Assembly: GCA_019828565.1 (NCBI GenBank)
Contig: JAHDYR010000038.1
Location: 264,735-328,734 of the forward strand
DNA length: 64,000 bases
Reading direction: 5' to 3'
Source: Carpediemonas membranifera BICM
Taxonomy: Eukaryota; Protista; Fornicata
Shown here piece by piece: positions 13,501-25,042 of the stretch. Within the stretch, counting starts at the first letter, position 1; the number at the start of each line of letters is the position of its first letter. A model generated the notes under the pieces. That model was not told the origin of the DNA, did not search any database, and saw nothing but the letters and a program-made list of their open reading frames with translations. Both the position numbers and the translations under genes were made by a program.

Positions 13501-16500
13501 TGGTCAGTGTTCGAGGCATAGTGCGGCGGGCACTTGGTGCACAGCGCCTGGTGGCCGGGCGAGTAGTACCCGTCGGGGCATGGCCTGAAGTACCCCGGGC
13601 CGAGCATCTCCTCGCCTGGCCCTGCCTCAGAGTATGTCGGCAGGAGCACCCCGACCGCGTTGGTACCAACAGTGCCTTGGATAATGGGAAGGCCGTCCAG
13701 GAACGTGAAGTAGCCGTTGAAATCCGAATTGGCGACGGAGTTTGAAACTACGGACCTCGTACGTGTGTCAAGGAGATTCGAGGTGGCACTGAGATACTGT
13801 CCGCCCGTTATTGTATATATCTCGCCGTTGAAGTAGCTGACGGACATCGGTATGTACCCGATGCCAGCTTTAAAGGCAACCTCCATCACAGCTTCGGGAG
13901 GCCCGCTGCCCCTGCGGTAAACGCCGTAGTAGACGGCGGAAGCTTCATCCCAACCGACGAACAGCGTTTCCGTGAGTGGATCGGCGATGAGGCGGGTGAC
14001 GGGGAGACTGAACGCGACAGGTTCGAGCAGGGTGGGATTCCGCACAAGGGTGGCGCCGGGCACTTCAAAGCCACTCAGGACAACCACAATACCATTGCCG
14101 GTAACAACACCACTTGCGTAGAGATAGTCGGCGTCGATGGCGATGTGCGTGGCGAAGGAGAGGACAAAGGGTGGTGAGAGGTCTGCGGCGGTCACTGAGG
14201 CCTTGGTCCAGTCTGCCGTGTTGTAGACGTCGACAGCCTCGCAGGCAGACCCGGGGGCACTCACTGCTACGTAGTCTCCGTGTGTGGCGATGCTGTCACC
14301 GTACTCGCAGTTCGGGACGTACTTAAAGAATGACCGGACATAAACTGCGGAGTCGTGGGTCAACTCGAAGATGGAGATGCCGTGGGCGACGCCCGAAGCC
14401 GTGGGCGACCCGACGATGACGTGGCCGGACTCGGTCACCGCGACGGCTGACCCAAAGACACTGGAGCCGACAGAGCTTGGCTTGGTCAAGAACGGTCCAT
14501 GGCCGTGGAGTCCTGCGAAGTCAACGTCGAACAGAGCGAGCTCGCTGCCGTCGGTGAGGGCGAGTACGTGGTTCTTTGCAGCCATCGCCGTCGGAGTCAT
14601 GTAGACGTAGGCCAATGACAAAGTAATTTCCATGCCTAGCAGCGCCATTCTACTTTCACTGAACCGTTCCCCAAACGGAACGGGCTTACACGCGACATTG
14701 GCGGTTTTGGGTGAATACCAGCCTTGTGGGCAGAAGTCGCAAGTTCGGAACGCTGGGCTATACCCGGCCATTGTCGTCTGACACTCTGTGTATTCCATAT
14801 GTAACTGACCGGTCGACGCATCATGGACAACGAAGCTATTTGTGTTGATTCCCACCTGAGATATTGAGCTGATGGTACCAGATGTGCTGAGATCGAACTG
14901 TGTGTAGGTGCTGCCAACGTTGGGACTGCCGGTCTCCAGGTCGTACACACGGACGAACTCATCGGAAGCAAGGGCGCACATGCCGCTCAGTGTGTCACAG
15001 TCCAGAGCTGGGTGGGCACTCACCGTCGCTGAGCTCAGTGTACTCGGAATACCGCGACCGTCAGTGGCGTGCATAGAGAGATACATGGTCGAGCTCAGCC
15101 TGGTCGCCTGAATGAAAAATTTGTCGGTCCCTCCCACAATCATGCCGGAACCGCCCTGCCCCGCGAAATCGCTCGTATGGACGATATATAGGCTGGAAGC
15201 GGCAGTCAATTCGACCGAATAGACCACCGCTTGGTTGTCGCCTTCGTTTCCGACAATAAGGTAGTTTTCCGTGAAGAACATGGAGTCTCCGAAGTTGGGG
15301 TCGGAAGATCCCGATGGTGGAGAGTGCCTATTCAAGGAGCTGAATGAGGTGCCATGGAACACGACCACGACGCGTTGGGTTGCAAATGTCGCTGTTGCTG
15401 CGATGATCAGTTTGGTCGGGTGAATGGCGACATTTTTTCCCAACTCGCTCACGCTTGCGATAAATCCAGAGATCGGAAAAATCGGCGTGATAGGGTTATG
15501 GGTGTCACTACCGAGGGTCACATCGAATACATAAAGGGTGTTGTCATTAGCACCGACGACCACGTACCTCCCGTTGGTCGCAACCGCCGCGCCAAACTCA
15601 TTACTCGTCCCTACAACTTGTATGGGCACCCCGTCCATCGCTGTCAACGAGTCCACGGTGCCGATCTCGACCTGCCCAGTACCGGTCTTGTCGCCGCGGA
15701 CGAATGTATTGCCGGCCACAGCCAGCGTTCTTGGGTTGGTGCCACCAGTGTCCTCGCGGGTGTTGTCAATGGCACTGCAGTCTGTGACGTCAGAGAGGTC
15801 TGTGACACCGCTCGGGCAAGTCTGACATGCCCAGTCGCCCGTAGTAAGCGGGGATGGATACTTTGTGCCGAGGGGGCAAACGGGTATGGCTGCGAACTTA
15901 TCTGAATCCGGAGATGCAAGGACGAGCCAAGAGTCTGAGATGGCCGACACAGCACCCAGCTTAGGGCACGTCGTCTGGCTGATTGGGCCGAGCTTGACTG
16001 GTTGAGTCAGGGAGTTCATCGCGAAGGACCCAAACTGGATGACAGAGGGGCCACTAAATGCTATGAGTGGCATAGCGTAGTATGAACACGTTGGGGTGAC
16101 AGCGAAGGGCGCGAGTCTCTTGCTGGCACCATCGTAAAGGGGGGAGTCGATAATTGGCTCTAAATCAAAGGAGAGGGTGTAGGCCTCGTACGTCATGGGG
16201 CCGCTGAGGCTAACAAACAGCATATGCTCGCATGCTGTGAGCCCGTCAATCTCTCCTTGGGACAGCGATGTGAGGAACGAGCGTAGGGAGCGCCCCTCGA
16301 CATCGTATGAAACAATCTTGCTCTTCATGGGCACAGGCATGTACCAGCCGAAGAACACGTGTGAGTTGGACAATGCGGCGCGGGTTGGTGTGTCATCGAG
16401 GTCGAAGTCAAGGCCTCTTTGTGTCAGAATAGCGCTTGGATCGGAGTTGATGTCAAAGAGCCTGGCCTCGGCGGAAGTGGTAGAGGCTGCGAGGAGCATG

Positions 16501-16943
16501 GTCTGGTCCGGCGAGACTTGCAGTATTGCTCTCATTCCCGCGGGGATGAGAACAGTATCCAGAAGTATCGGGGCGGCCGCCAGTGAATAGATGGCAATCA
16601 TGTCGTCAGGGCCGTTACTACCCGTGGCGAAGAGGTATAGGTCTGTACCCGCAAGCTGCGTTCCGAAGGCGGCGGTGCATGGAACAGCGAGGGAATATAG
16701 CATGACGACAAGAGGCAGGGGGGCGTAATAGACGGAGCCATGCGAATTATTGGGTGCTCCTACGAAAACGCGATCGTCATTGATCCAAATAGAGGCTCCA
16801 AACTGGCTCGACACAGATCCTGAAACCAGAAGACTGTCACTAATGGAAATCGTGGCATGAACGCTGAGAGAACAACAGGCCAAGATGACCAAGAATGCAT
16901 AGATCCGCAAGCCCAAGTAGCGCACGCCAAAGGGCTCCCGCAT
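1565..16943 (-). CDS. Giant (~5,100 aa) type I membrane protein: ~12 FG-GAP-like beta-propeller modules alternating with Cys-rich TNFR/ephrin-receptor-like (GCC2/GCC3) linkers, a TM helix and a Pro-rich tail; one 1-nt frameshift at 3988-3991
   Basis: ORF 3831..17057 joins ORF 1565..4351 if the G4 run at 3988-3991 is corrected (LDLGVSSYT|QLALDDDLLLVG). ATG at 16943 is followed by a signal peptide (LRIYAFLVILACCSLSVHA). Recurrent FG.aVA / LLVGAP motifs and C.AG.y.dtw.sC..CPaG linkers. TM segment VLYAVIPSFAVASLLLLGCLCCTC. Confidence 0.85.
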
Positions 16944-17340
16944 TAGCGATTCTTTGATCAGCAGAAAGAGATAGCCGCTGGAGATTGACCCGAGATTGTG
17001 AGACTGTAGCAGACTGTGAGTGAACCACACATTCCGAAGCATACCGTCGTGATACACTGCTTACATGCTTGGGGTCGACTGTGCAACTGGGCAAATACGT
17101 AACAAGTGCTTTCTGCTGGCTCGAACAACACAAAAGGCAGACTCGAACCCGAGATTAACGCAGCTGGCTATCTTGTAGATCTTGTCCAGTTCGGTAAGTA
17201 GAAACGCCAGAGCTGGCCAGCAGTGAACATGAACGTCATCCTTGGGTTGATGAGATCATTTCTCATCTCGATTGAGCTGCGAAGCATCGGATGTTTTGAG
17301 TTCGCATGCACAAAACGCAACGCCACCCCAAGTTATCAGG

Positions 17341-18141
17341 ATGCATATCCGAGAATTCCGCATTCCGATGCCTCTTGACCTCGAGCAGTACTACCTTGCT
17401 CAAATGTACATGAATGCGCGAGCACCGATTGAGGACAGCGCTGACGGAGGTTCCATGGAGATCCTGGTCCCATCAACACCGCGAGTGGACGAGGAGACCG
17501 GCCAAGACTACATCTACACCCACAAGGTGTTCCACATATCGACGTTCCTTCCCAAGTGGGTTCGGATACTCCTGCCTGGGGCCGCAAAGGTGGACGCGTT
17601 CGAAACCAGCTTCGCTCAGTATCCCGAACTGGTCCGGACAGAGTACTACTGCCCACTGCTTCGGAAGCACTTCAAGCTTGTGGTCTTATCTTCCCACTAC
17701 GCCGACGACAACTGTGGACAGCACAACGCCCTCCACCTGAGCGAGAAGGACCTCGCCCGCCGCTCTGTTGACGTCATTGATATACTCGAGGATGATCTCC
17801 CGGAGGACGAGTTTGAGGAGGAGTTCGCTCCTGACAAGTGGCCAACGAGACTCGAGCCGGGCTGGCGTGACCGCGAGGGTGTGATGACTGCATATAAGGT
17901 AGTCAAGATCAAGGTCGGCATTATTGGATTCCAAAACCGACTCGAGCGCTTTCTCTTATATCTCATCCGAAACCAGTTTCTGAAGTATCACCAGAAGTCT
18001 TTTGCGTGGAAACCGTATTGGAGGGACATGACCATCGATGATGTCCGTGCGATGGAGCTCAAGACCACGAGCGAGCTCCATGCTCGGTTCGGTGGGCGGG
18101 ATGACGGTGGGATCGGGAGGACCGCCGCGAGTGTTTTATAA
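17341..18141 (+). CDS. PITP: Phosphatidylinositol transfer protein (START-like PITP family)
   Basis: MHIREFRIPMPLDLEQYYLAQMY, YTHKVFHI..LPKWVR, MTAYKVV, HQKSFAW...W..MTIDDVRAME are PITP hallmark motifs. First ATG is at 17341. Confidence 0.93.
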   Translation: MHIREFRIPMPLDLEQYYLAQMYMNARAPIEDSADGGSMEILVPSTPRVDEETGQDYIYTHKVFHISTFLPKWVRILLPGAAKVDAFETSFAQYPELVRTEYYCPLLRKHFKLVVLSSHYADDNCGQHNALHLSEKDLARRSVDVIDILEDDLPEDEFEEEFAPDKWPTRLEPGWRDREGVMTAYKVVKIKVGIIGFQNRLERFLLYLIRNQFLKYHQKSFAWKPYWRDMTIDDVRAMELKTTSELHARFGGRDDGGIGRTAASVL

Positions 18142-18212
18142 ACTTAAAAATGTAAATGGCGGGTTGGGTCGGGGGTATCGCCAGGGATTATGGACATTTA
18201 GAAAAAAGCAAC

Positions 18213-21200
18213 TCAGGTGTCAGATATGGCGTTCTCGGCGAGGAAGGTGGCGAGCATCATGTTGTTCGCGACGTGTTCCTTCGGGATCATGACAAGCAGA
18301 CTCAGCACGATGCTCTCGTCACGGCTGAGCGCGGTAAAGATCTTCTGGAACACAAGCCGGTATGAAAGCAGGAGGAAGCCGATGGCGAAGATGTACAGCG
18401 GCACGTTGATCAGGCGGTAGGCCAGCATCGCCGTAGAAATGGTGCTGGCGTAGTCCTTGAACGTGCCAATAAATACAGGCGTCACCTGCTGCTCGATCTC
18501 TAGCATCGTTTTGATAGCGTAGCTGTCTGTACCGTCGACCGCGAGACACGTGCCGAAGCCGTTGTCGGGGTTCAGCTTGGGTATGGCGTCGATAAACATC
18601 GAGATCGCCTGCGAGTATGACTCGTCGGTGAGGACTGAGCAGCTGGGGCATGTAATGGCAGTGCCGAGGGAGTACTGGTCGCCGAGGAAGAGGTTGAGGC
18701 CAGTGACGAAGGGGTTAGACTCCGACGTGATGGTGGCGTGGCGGTCCTCCATCACGGCGAGGTTGCTGACGGCGGCGTTGTACCTCTGCTTCGCGTCGGC
18801 CTTGTCGAACGTAGTGAAGATGCCCTCGGCGGCGATATCGACGAGCCGCACCGCTCGGGAGGCGGCCGTGTCGAGGATGTCGACCTGCGTGCTGACTACG
18901 AACCACAGCTCGCTGTACAGGGTCAGGATGAGGAAGATGATGCCCAGGGCCGCCAGGGTCGCCGCGGCCATGCGGTAGAACCTCTGCGTGGCCTTCGCGC
19001 TGACCCGCTGGCGGATGACCGAGAGCTTTCTGGCGGGGGTGGGGACGAGAGTCAGGAGGAGGAGGAACTGGATGAGCATGCAGACGAAGATGACGGCGAA
19101 GCACACCACGACGATGATCTCCATCTGGGTCATGGACGAAGAAGCCGAGTCGATATTCTGCTCGGCGGTGATATGGCCGGCTTCCATGTGTGCAATGAGA
19201 GTCTCCTCGAAGCTGACGACGTTCGCGTGGAACTTATCGTCGAAGAGGATCTCCCGTGCGATTTTGATCTGCTCGTCGGCCGTGAGGGTTCGGTCGACGA
19301 CGCTGTTGTTGTACAGATACTCTCTTGTGTAGTGCATCTGGTCGAACTCGTACGTGCTCTCGGCGGTGATGTCGTACTCGTAATCCTGGAACTCCGTGGC
19401 CACCGTCACTGGGATGTCCTGGGCCCACAGCATGAGCTCGATGGCGACCATGAGCGTGTGGTTGTTCTGGTCAAGATAGGAGTTGAATGCAGCCGACGTC
19501 GACTCGGGAATGGAGTAGGCAGTAAAATGCTCGAGAACCTCGGGGACGGACACATCCATGGCCATATACGCCTTTTCCACGGCCGTGAGGATGTTAGATA
19601 GCGGTCTCTGGGTGTAGCGGCGCGAGAGCTGCTTGTAGTCCGTCCAGTCGTCAAGGAGGGCATAGACGTGCGCGCTGATGTCAGACTTCTCGAGCAGCGC
19701 GGCAGTGAGCGCAGTCTTGTTCGTGTGCTGGTTGAACGTCGAGTAGACCGCGATGGCGATGCAGACGAGGGAGACGACGGTGAGGATAACGAGCAGGGCG
19801 ACCTGGAGGATGATCATCGAGCGCTTGGTCGTCTTGCGGTCGCCCCCCTGGAACGCCTTGGAGTCGATGAGTCTGTGTCGGATCTGATCGATGCGGTCGG
19901 CCAGCAGCTTGAGTCTGTGCTTCAGGATGATGAGCACGAGGATGTCGAAAAGCACAATGACGCTCAGTGCGACGAACACAGCCGTGGCGATGATACGAAC
20001 AGTGAAGACGGTGTCGAGGATGTCGCTGAGTTCCGTCGCCTCGTTGTCGATGCGGGTCAGCAGCGTGTTCCGCACCTCGTTCAGGTTGTCCACCGCCTGA
20101 TCCTTTCTCCTCCAGTACTGGTCGTCCATGGACACCGCCCGAGCGCTCGTCTCGAGGGCGGTGGCGTTCATGGCAGAGTCAGCTTCGTTCGTGGAGTAGA
20201 AGCCGGAGCTCGCGCGGTAGTCGCCATAGACGGCCTGCTCGGCGTCATGCCACGTCTCGGCGCTGTAGTTGTAGTCGAGGTCCATGATCTGGCACCCCAC
20301 GGCGTCAGGCAGGTCAAGCGTCATCCACCGCATCTTCATCTCCACGTGGTCGCGATATGCGATCTGATCCGACAGATCCCATGCCTCAGCGACAAGGGCG
20401 GCGTCCTCCACGCTGAGATCGAACTCGGCGAGGGCGTTGAGGAGGTCGAGCTTCGTCCGGCTATCGGGGACCTCCCAGTAGCGCTCATACGCGTCAACCG
20501 TGCCTCTCTGGATGAACTCGACGGCTGAGATCGTCTGGGTCGAGTCAGCTGATTTGAGGTCAGTGATGAGGCGCTGGGTCGCATCGAGGTCGCTGAACGC
20601 GTCAATGATGACCGGGATCTCGACAGCGTCGTATGCGAACGAGACCACCACCCCGAATGCGATGGCCGCGGCCATGGCTAGGAACAGGACTGTGCCCCAG
20701 TAGATGAGGCGGGTGATGCTGTAGAGCGACGAGTGGTACACCTTTGCCCGGTGAAGTAGGTGCTCAGCGCCGCCCTCGTCGAGCAGACTGGTGTCACTCG
20801 CCTCATACGGCATCCGATGGCCTTCCGACGTCGAGGAGTGGCCCTCGTCTGTGCCCTGCAAGTTGACTGAAGACACAGAGCCTTGCTCCTGGGTGTGAGC
20901 TTTTCCGGGGATGGGCGACCCTCGGCCACTGATGTTTCCAAACCGTAGGGGGGGTACGTCTGATTCATCGTCCTCGTCGCCCGACACTGAGCGGTGCATC
21001 TCGCTGTCACACCCGCTGCTGTCGCTCTCCACGTTCCTGGGCGTGTCGTCCTCAGTGTCGGGTCGGATCCGCATCGGCGAGTGCTCAAAAGCGGAGCCTT
21101 CCTCGACCACAGCATCATGAGCATCGTCATCATCGTCATACCCATTGTCGGACGCTTGTGTGTCGCTATCCTCGACCGACACCATGTTCTCCATGCGGGC

Positions 21201-24026
21201 GAGGTCCCTGGCGTCTGTGATGTGGGAGTGCTCGTCGTCCTCGGGTTCGTTGGCGACGTCGAAGTGGATGGCGCGCTTGGCAGTCTTCTTCGTTTTGCGC
21301 TTCCTTTCTCTCTTTGCGACGTTTGTGGCAGTCACCATCTCGTCGACGACGTCCCTGTCAATATGGAGGAAGACGTTGATGTTCTCAGCCTGGTGCAGGG
21401 TAACCGTGTTGAACGCGCGGCGGAGCAGGAAGAACTGCAGCCCGAGGAGGACGAGTACGACCACGGCCAGTGCAACGGCGTCGATACCCAGCCCGACGTA
21501 CTGGGCAAGGTCAGTCGACTCGAGGATGTCTGCCTGGAGGATGTTGATGCCGTTCCTCAGGCTCTCGAGGCCGTTAGTGCTGACGAAGTCGATGTCCGTG
21601 CTGAGCGTGTTGTCCTTGAGCACTCTCTTGAACGACACCTCGAGCGACGACGCCATGTCGATGATGGACGTGTACACAGACTCCGTGGTGGCTGGGTTGG
21701 TCGCCCTGTAGTGACGGGCAATGAAGCTCGGCTCGCGGGCACTGCTGAAGATGCTGGGGAAGAGCGTGGCCGTGATGATGTCAGACACGGACGCGTCGAG
21801 GTCCTCGGTGGAGGAGATGAGGTCATCCAGGGAGGAGGTCAGGCGGGCATGAATCAGCTCGACTGTGTTCATGTCGCCGAAGGTGAAGGAGCCGGGGTAG
21901 CTGTTCTCGCAGTCAGCCAGCAGGGCAAGAAAGGTCGCCTCGGCGCTGTTGAAGTCCATGTTGCCCGAGGCGGTGAGTGCGTCGATAAGGGCGGACATGA
22001 CGAACATCCTGACCTGGAACACGCCCCCCACGATCACGAAGATGGCCGTGATGACGCATAGGAGGACGAGGACCGCGGACCGGAGCCGGGAGACGGAGTT
22101 GGACGTTGTGCGGATCCGCTTGGTGCGGAGGATGGTGAGGATGTCGTTCTCCATGGCCCTCGACGTCCCGCTGGACACGGAGCCTGACCGGGACGACGAG
22201 GCCGAGCTGCTGTCGCTCATCATGCGGTTGTTGGCGATCTCGTCGGCCGCAGCTTGGATCTGGGCGCCGTACTCTGGGTCCTGCTGGACGACGGCGACGA
22301 AGTCCGCGTAGGCGTGGATGATGTTATCTCGCTCGGGGAAGGCCTTGATGAGTTGGATGTAGAGCTTGTCCGCAGTGGTGCTGTGCTTGTGGATCTCCTG
22401 GGAGATGGCGAGCAGCTCGTTGACGTCGGGCTTAGGGATCGCAAGGGCACGCCAGAAGGAGTTGATGGCGCGGCGTGCGTTGATGGCCTCCTCCTTGGCC
22501 TTCTTCTGCTTGGCGTTCAGCTCAGCCAGGGCCTCTGCGTTGAGGCCACTGTCTTGCTTGCGTCTGATCCGGTCAGCGTCCGTGTGGAGCCCGATGAGCA
22601 TGACCACCGTGATGGGGCTGAGGCCCTTGAGGATGTCTCGCTCGACCATTGTCGGGAGGCGCGTTGCTTCGAAGATGGCCGCCTCGTAGTTGGCCGAGAC
22701 TGTGAGGGCGTACTGGACGATGGTGAGTCGGGACCGGCCGTTGGTGAAGGCCTCGGCGCAGGCGTATGACACAAGCGTCTGCAGACGGCCGATGAGCTCG
22801 CGGCGTCTTGCGGAGGTCTTGTCGTCGATGGTAGCTGTGGAAAGCATCTCCCTGCGGTCTGCGGTGCGTCTGATCTGCGCGTCGAACAGGTTGTGGACGG
22901 CGACCGTGAACCAGAGCCAGAGAGAGAAGTCGGAGAGTGTGATGAAGCGGGGCAGCGACACTTCATCCTCGGAGTCGTTCCTGACGTTGCTCATGCCGTT
23001 GGAAACGTCCTTGACCCTGATAAGGGAGGGCGTGATGCGGGTGTAGAGAACGAAGAGCCTTCCGACGACCACGGCGAGTGTGAGAGGGACCGAGACGACG
23101 GGGGCGACCCAGAACATGGTCGGGTGCAAGGCAGACATGAGTGAGACCGGGATGACGGCCACGAAGGTGTAGACCCCGATTGCCCATGGGATGGCGTTGG
23201 CGTGGGTGGGGAAGACGCTGACGATCACCGAGTAGACGATCGCGATGGAGCAGATGAAGAGGGCCGAGAGAATAGGGTGGACTGAGTCGAGCCCGAATGT
23301 CCTCGAGGCGCCCAGCAGCCCCACGGTCATGAGGAGCACGGGCTGGGCTGGGACGATGAGTGAGGGGATGTTGATGGAGAGCGTCGACGAGTCGCTGTAC
23401 GGGCCCGAGAACATGATCAGCTTGGACAACACAGCAAGGCCGGTGAGCACGATGAAGGCGGCGAGGGCCGTAGCCATGTATATGAGGTGGCTGATCGAGA
23501 GGGGCGTCACCGCTTGGACCAGGCCGGACATATCGCTGCCAGTGCTGTCTGTCATGATGAATGGCATGGCGAGGGTCTCAACGAGAGGCAGGAGGAGGAC
23601 GCCAGTGGTGAGCATGATGAGTGTCGAGAGAATCCTGTAGCGGAACGAGATGTGGATGGAGCGGGCGACCACGGTTTCGAGGAAGACCCACCCCACGAGG
23701 ATAGCGATGTACACCATGGTTCCCACGAGGAAGATCTGCGATGCTGTCGAGTTATTGCTACTGAAGATGCTAGTGGTTGAAGGTAAGAACAAGCGAGGTA
23801 TCTTGAAAAGGAGGGAATCGCTGTAGGACATGCACATGGCCGATAACTGAAGCGCCTGGATGATCATCGTGGCGATTGTAAGCAAGGGGAAAGGCGGGGC
23901 GCTCAGACGAATGGACGCAAGGCAATAAGTTGATCGCCAGCCGATAGATCCGAGATGAAGAGGTGATAACCATCCAATATGGCGACTTGCAGCTGTCGAC
24001 GCTTGAGATGCTGCCGCTGCGGCCAT
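18213..24026 (-). CDS. TmcB (tiny macrocysts B)-like multi-pass membrane protein, 1937 aa
   Basis: N-terminal TM bundle; helical segment FWRALA...ADKLYIQLIKAFP...IHAYADFVAVVQQD; SSxSS linker; repeated TM/extracellular units; C-terminal LLVMIP motif typical of TmcB-like proteins. No clear PAS domain seen. Confidence 0.65.
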   Translation of the reverse strand: MAAAAASQASTAASRHIGWLSPLHLGSIGWRSTYCLASIRLSAPPFPLLTIATMIIQALQLSAMCMSYSDSLLFKIPRLFLPSTTSIFSSNNSTASQIFLVGTMVYIAILVGWVFLETVVARSIHISFRYRILSTLIMLTTGVLLLPLVETLAMPFIMTDSTGSDMSGLVQAVTPLSISHLIYMATALAAFIVLTGLAVLSKLIMFSGPYSDSSTLSINIPSLIVPAQPVLLMTVGLLGASRTFGLDSVHPILSALFICSIAIVYSVIVSVFPTHANAIPWAIGVYTFVAVIPVSLMSALHPTMFWVAPVVSVPLTLAVVVGRLFVLYTRITPSLIRVKDVSNGMSNVRNDSEDEVSLPRFITLSDFSLWLWFTVAVHNLFDAQIRRTADRREMLSTATIDDKTSARRRELIGRLQTLVSYACAEAFTNGRSRLTIVQYALTVSANYEAAIFEATRLPTMVERDILKGLSPITVVMLIGLHTDADRIRRKQDSGLNAEALAELNAKQKKAKEEAINARRAINSFWRALAIPKPDVNELLAISQEIHKHSTTADKLYIQLIKAFPERDNIIHAYADFVAVVQQDPEYGAQIQAAADEIANNRMMSDSSSASSSRSGSVSSGTSRAMENDILTILRTKRIRTTSNSVSRLRSAVLVLLCVITAIFVIVGGVFQVRMFVMSALIDALTASGNMDFNSAEATFLALLADCENSYPGSFTFGDMNTVELIHARLTSSLDDLISSTEDLDASVSDIITATLFPSIFSSAREPSFIARHYRATNPATTESVYTSIIDMASSLEVSFKRVLKDNTLSTDIDFVSTNGLESLRNGINILQADILESTDLAQYVGLGIDAVALAVVVLVLLGLQFFLLRRAFNTVTLHQAENINVFLHIDRDVVDEMVTATNVAKRERKRKTKKTAKRAIHFDVANEPEDDEHSHITDARDLARMENMVSVEDSDTQASDNGYDDDDDAHDAVVEEGSAFEHSPMRIRPDTEDDTPRNVESDSSGCDSEMHRSVSGDEDDESDVPPLRFGNISGRGSPIPGKAHTQEQGSVSSVNLQGTDEGHSSTSEGHRMPYEASDTSLLDEGGAEHLLHRAKVYHSSLYSITRLIYWGTVLFLAMAAAIAFGVVVSFAYDAVEIPVIIDAFSDLDATQRLITDLKSADSTQTISAVEFIQRGTVDAYERYWEVPDSRTKLDLLNALAEFDLSVEDAALVAEAWDLSDQIAYRDHVEMKMRWMTLDLPDAVGCQIMDLDYNYSAETWHDAEQAVYGDYRASSGFYSTNEADSAMNATALETSARAVSMDDQYWRRKDQAVDNLNEVRNTLLTRIDNEATELSDILDTVFTVRIIATAVFVALSVIVLFDILVLIILKHRLKLLADRIDQIRHRLIDSKAFQGGDRKTTKRSMIILQVALLVILTVVSLVCIAIAVYSTFNQHTNKTALTAALLEKSDISAHVYALLDDWTDYKQLSRRYTQRPLSNILTAVEKAYMAMDVSVPEVLEHFTAYSIPESTSAAFNSYLDQNNHTLMVAIELMLWAQDIPVTVATEFQDYEYDITAESTYEFDQMHYTREYLYNNSVVDRTLTADEQIKIAREILFDDKFHANVVSFEETLIAHMEAGHITAEQNIDSASSSMTQMEIIVVVCFAVIFVCMLIQFLLLLTLVPTPARKLSVIRQRVSAKATQRFYRMAAATLAALGIIFLILTLYSELWFVVSTQVDILDTAASRAVRLVDIAAEGIFTTFDKADAKQRYNAAVSNLAVMEDRHATITSESNPFVTGLNLFLGDQYSLGTAITCPSCSVLTDESYSQAISMFIDAIPKLNPDNGFGTCLAVDGTDSYAIKTMLEIEQQVTPVFIGTFKDYASTISTAMLAYRLINVPLYIFAIGFLLLSYRLVFQKIFTALSRDESIVLSLLVMIPKEHVANNMMLATFLAENAISDT

Positions 24027-25042
24027 GTAATGAACGGAATATGTTGGTTCTGAGACTCAGCGACTTAAATCTTCCGTCGATCAAAAATTAAATCGTCCAG
24101 ACAGTTCTTATCTACTGAATTAGAGCACTGTATGCCATGAAACAATAATGGCCCGCATCCATGGCACAGGGGGTGGGGTAACCTGGAAAACTGGTGCGAG
24201 CGAAGGCTGGGAAAGAGAGTAATGGTGGAAGGAAAGGCTGCGAATATATGCCATCTAGGTCACACAGGGGGTGCCCAGCTGGCATCGGCACGTTATTGAA
24301 TGTTCATCGATGACCGCACAGCTCATGCACATGAGCCTCGCTGTGTGGACCCAATGGAATAAGCGAGGTCTCCTGTCCTTGCATTTGACCCTTACGTGCA
24401 TAAACAGTCCACATGCATGTCAAATGAGGGCGTGGCAGGCTCGGATGCCGACTGGATCAGGCGTGTAGCTCGGCCCGTTTGTATGATTGGCATGTATTCA
24501 TCTTGTACTGTGAGATACAGCTGGGATCCAGGTCGCGGGACGGATATGCCTGAGGAGTATGCTTCACTAGCGACAGCGGCCACTGGATAGGGATGTTTGG
24601 CCGATATACTGTGTTTTAACGGATCTGGCTACCTGCTCTGTCGCTATAATTCGATACGGAACCGATAAGCTGAGGCCTGAGGGCTCTACCCTTTCTAGGA
24701 TGGCCAGGATGTGGGCACCTCATCAGAAGGACGGAGCTGATGCCGAAAATAAAACTCTGCATGCATTCAATAGTACAGCACTTTTGAAGTATGAACGCGA
24801 GTGTATAGCCATGCACAGGTTTCTAAGCGCTCAAATGGGCGAAACCATCGCATGACTTGGCTGCAGTCGCCGCGCTGCCGGCAGACCAAGTCTGCAAAAC
24901 GACAAGCAATCTGATGTCCAGGGCACATGCAGAGGGTGTCTAATCATCCCCGTCTACTCAGATTCCCACTTGATTGTTTCACCGACGTTCCACAATCCGG
25001 CTTGCTCCCAAAAGAAGCGCACACCCAACTGCTGACGGTACT

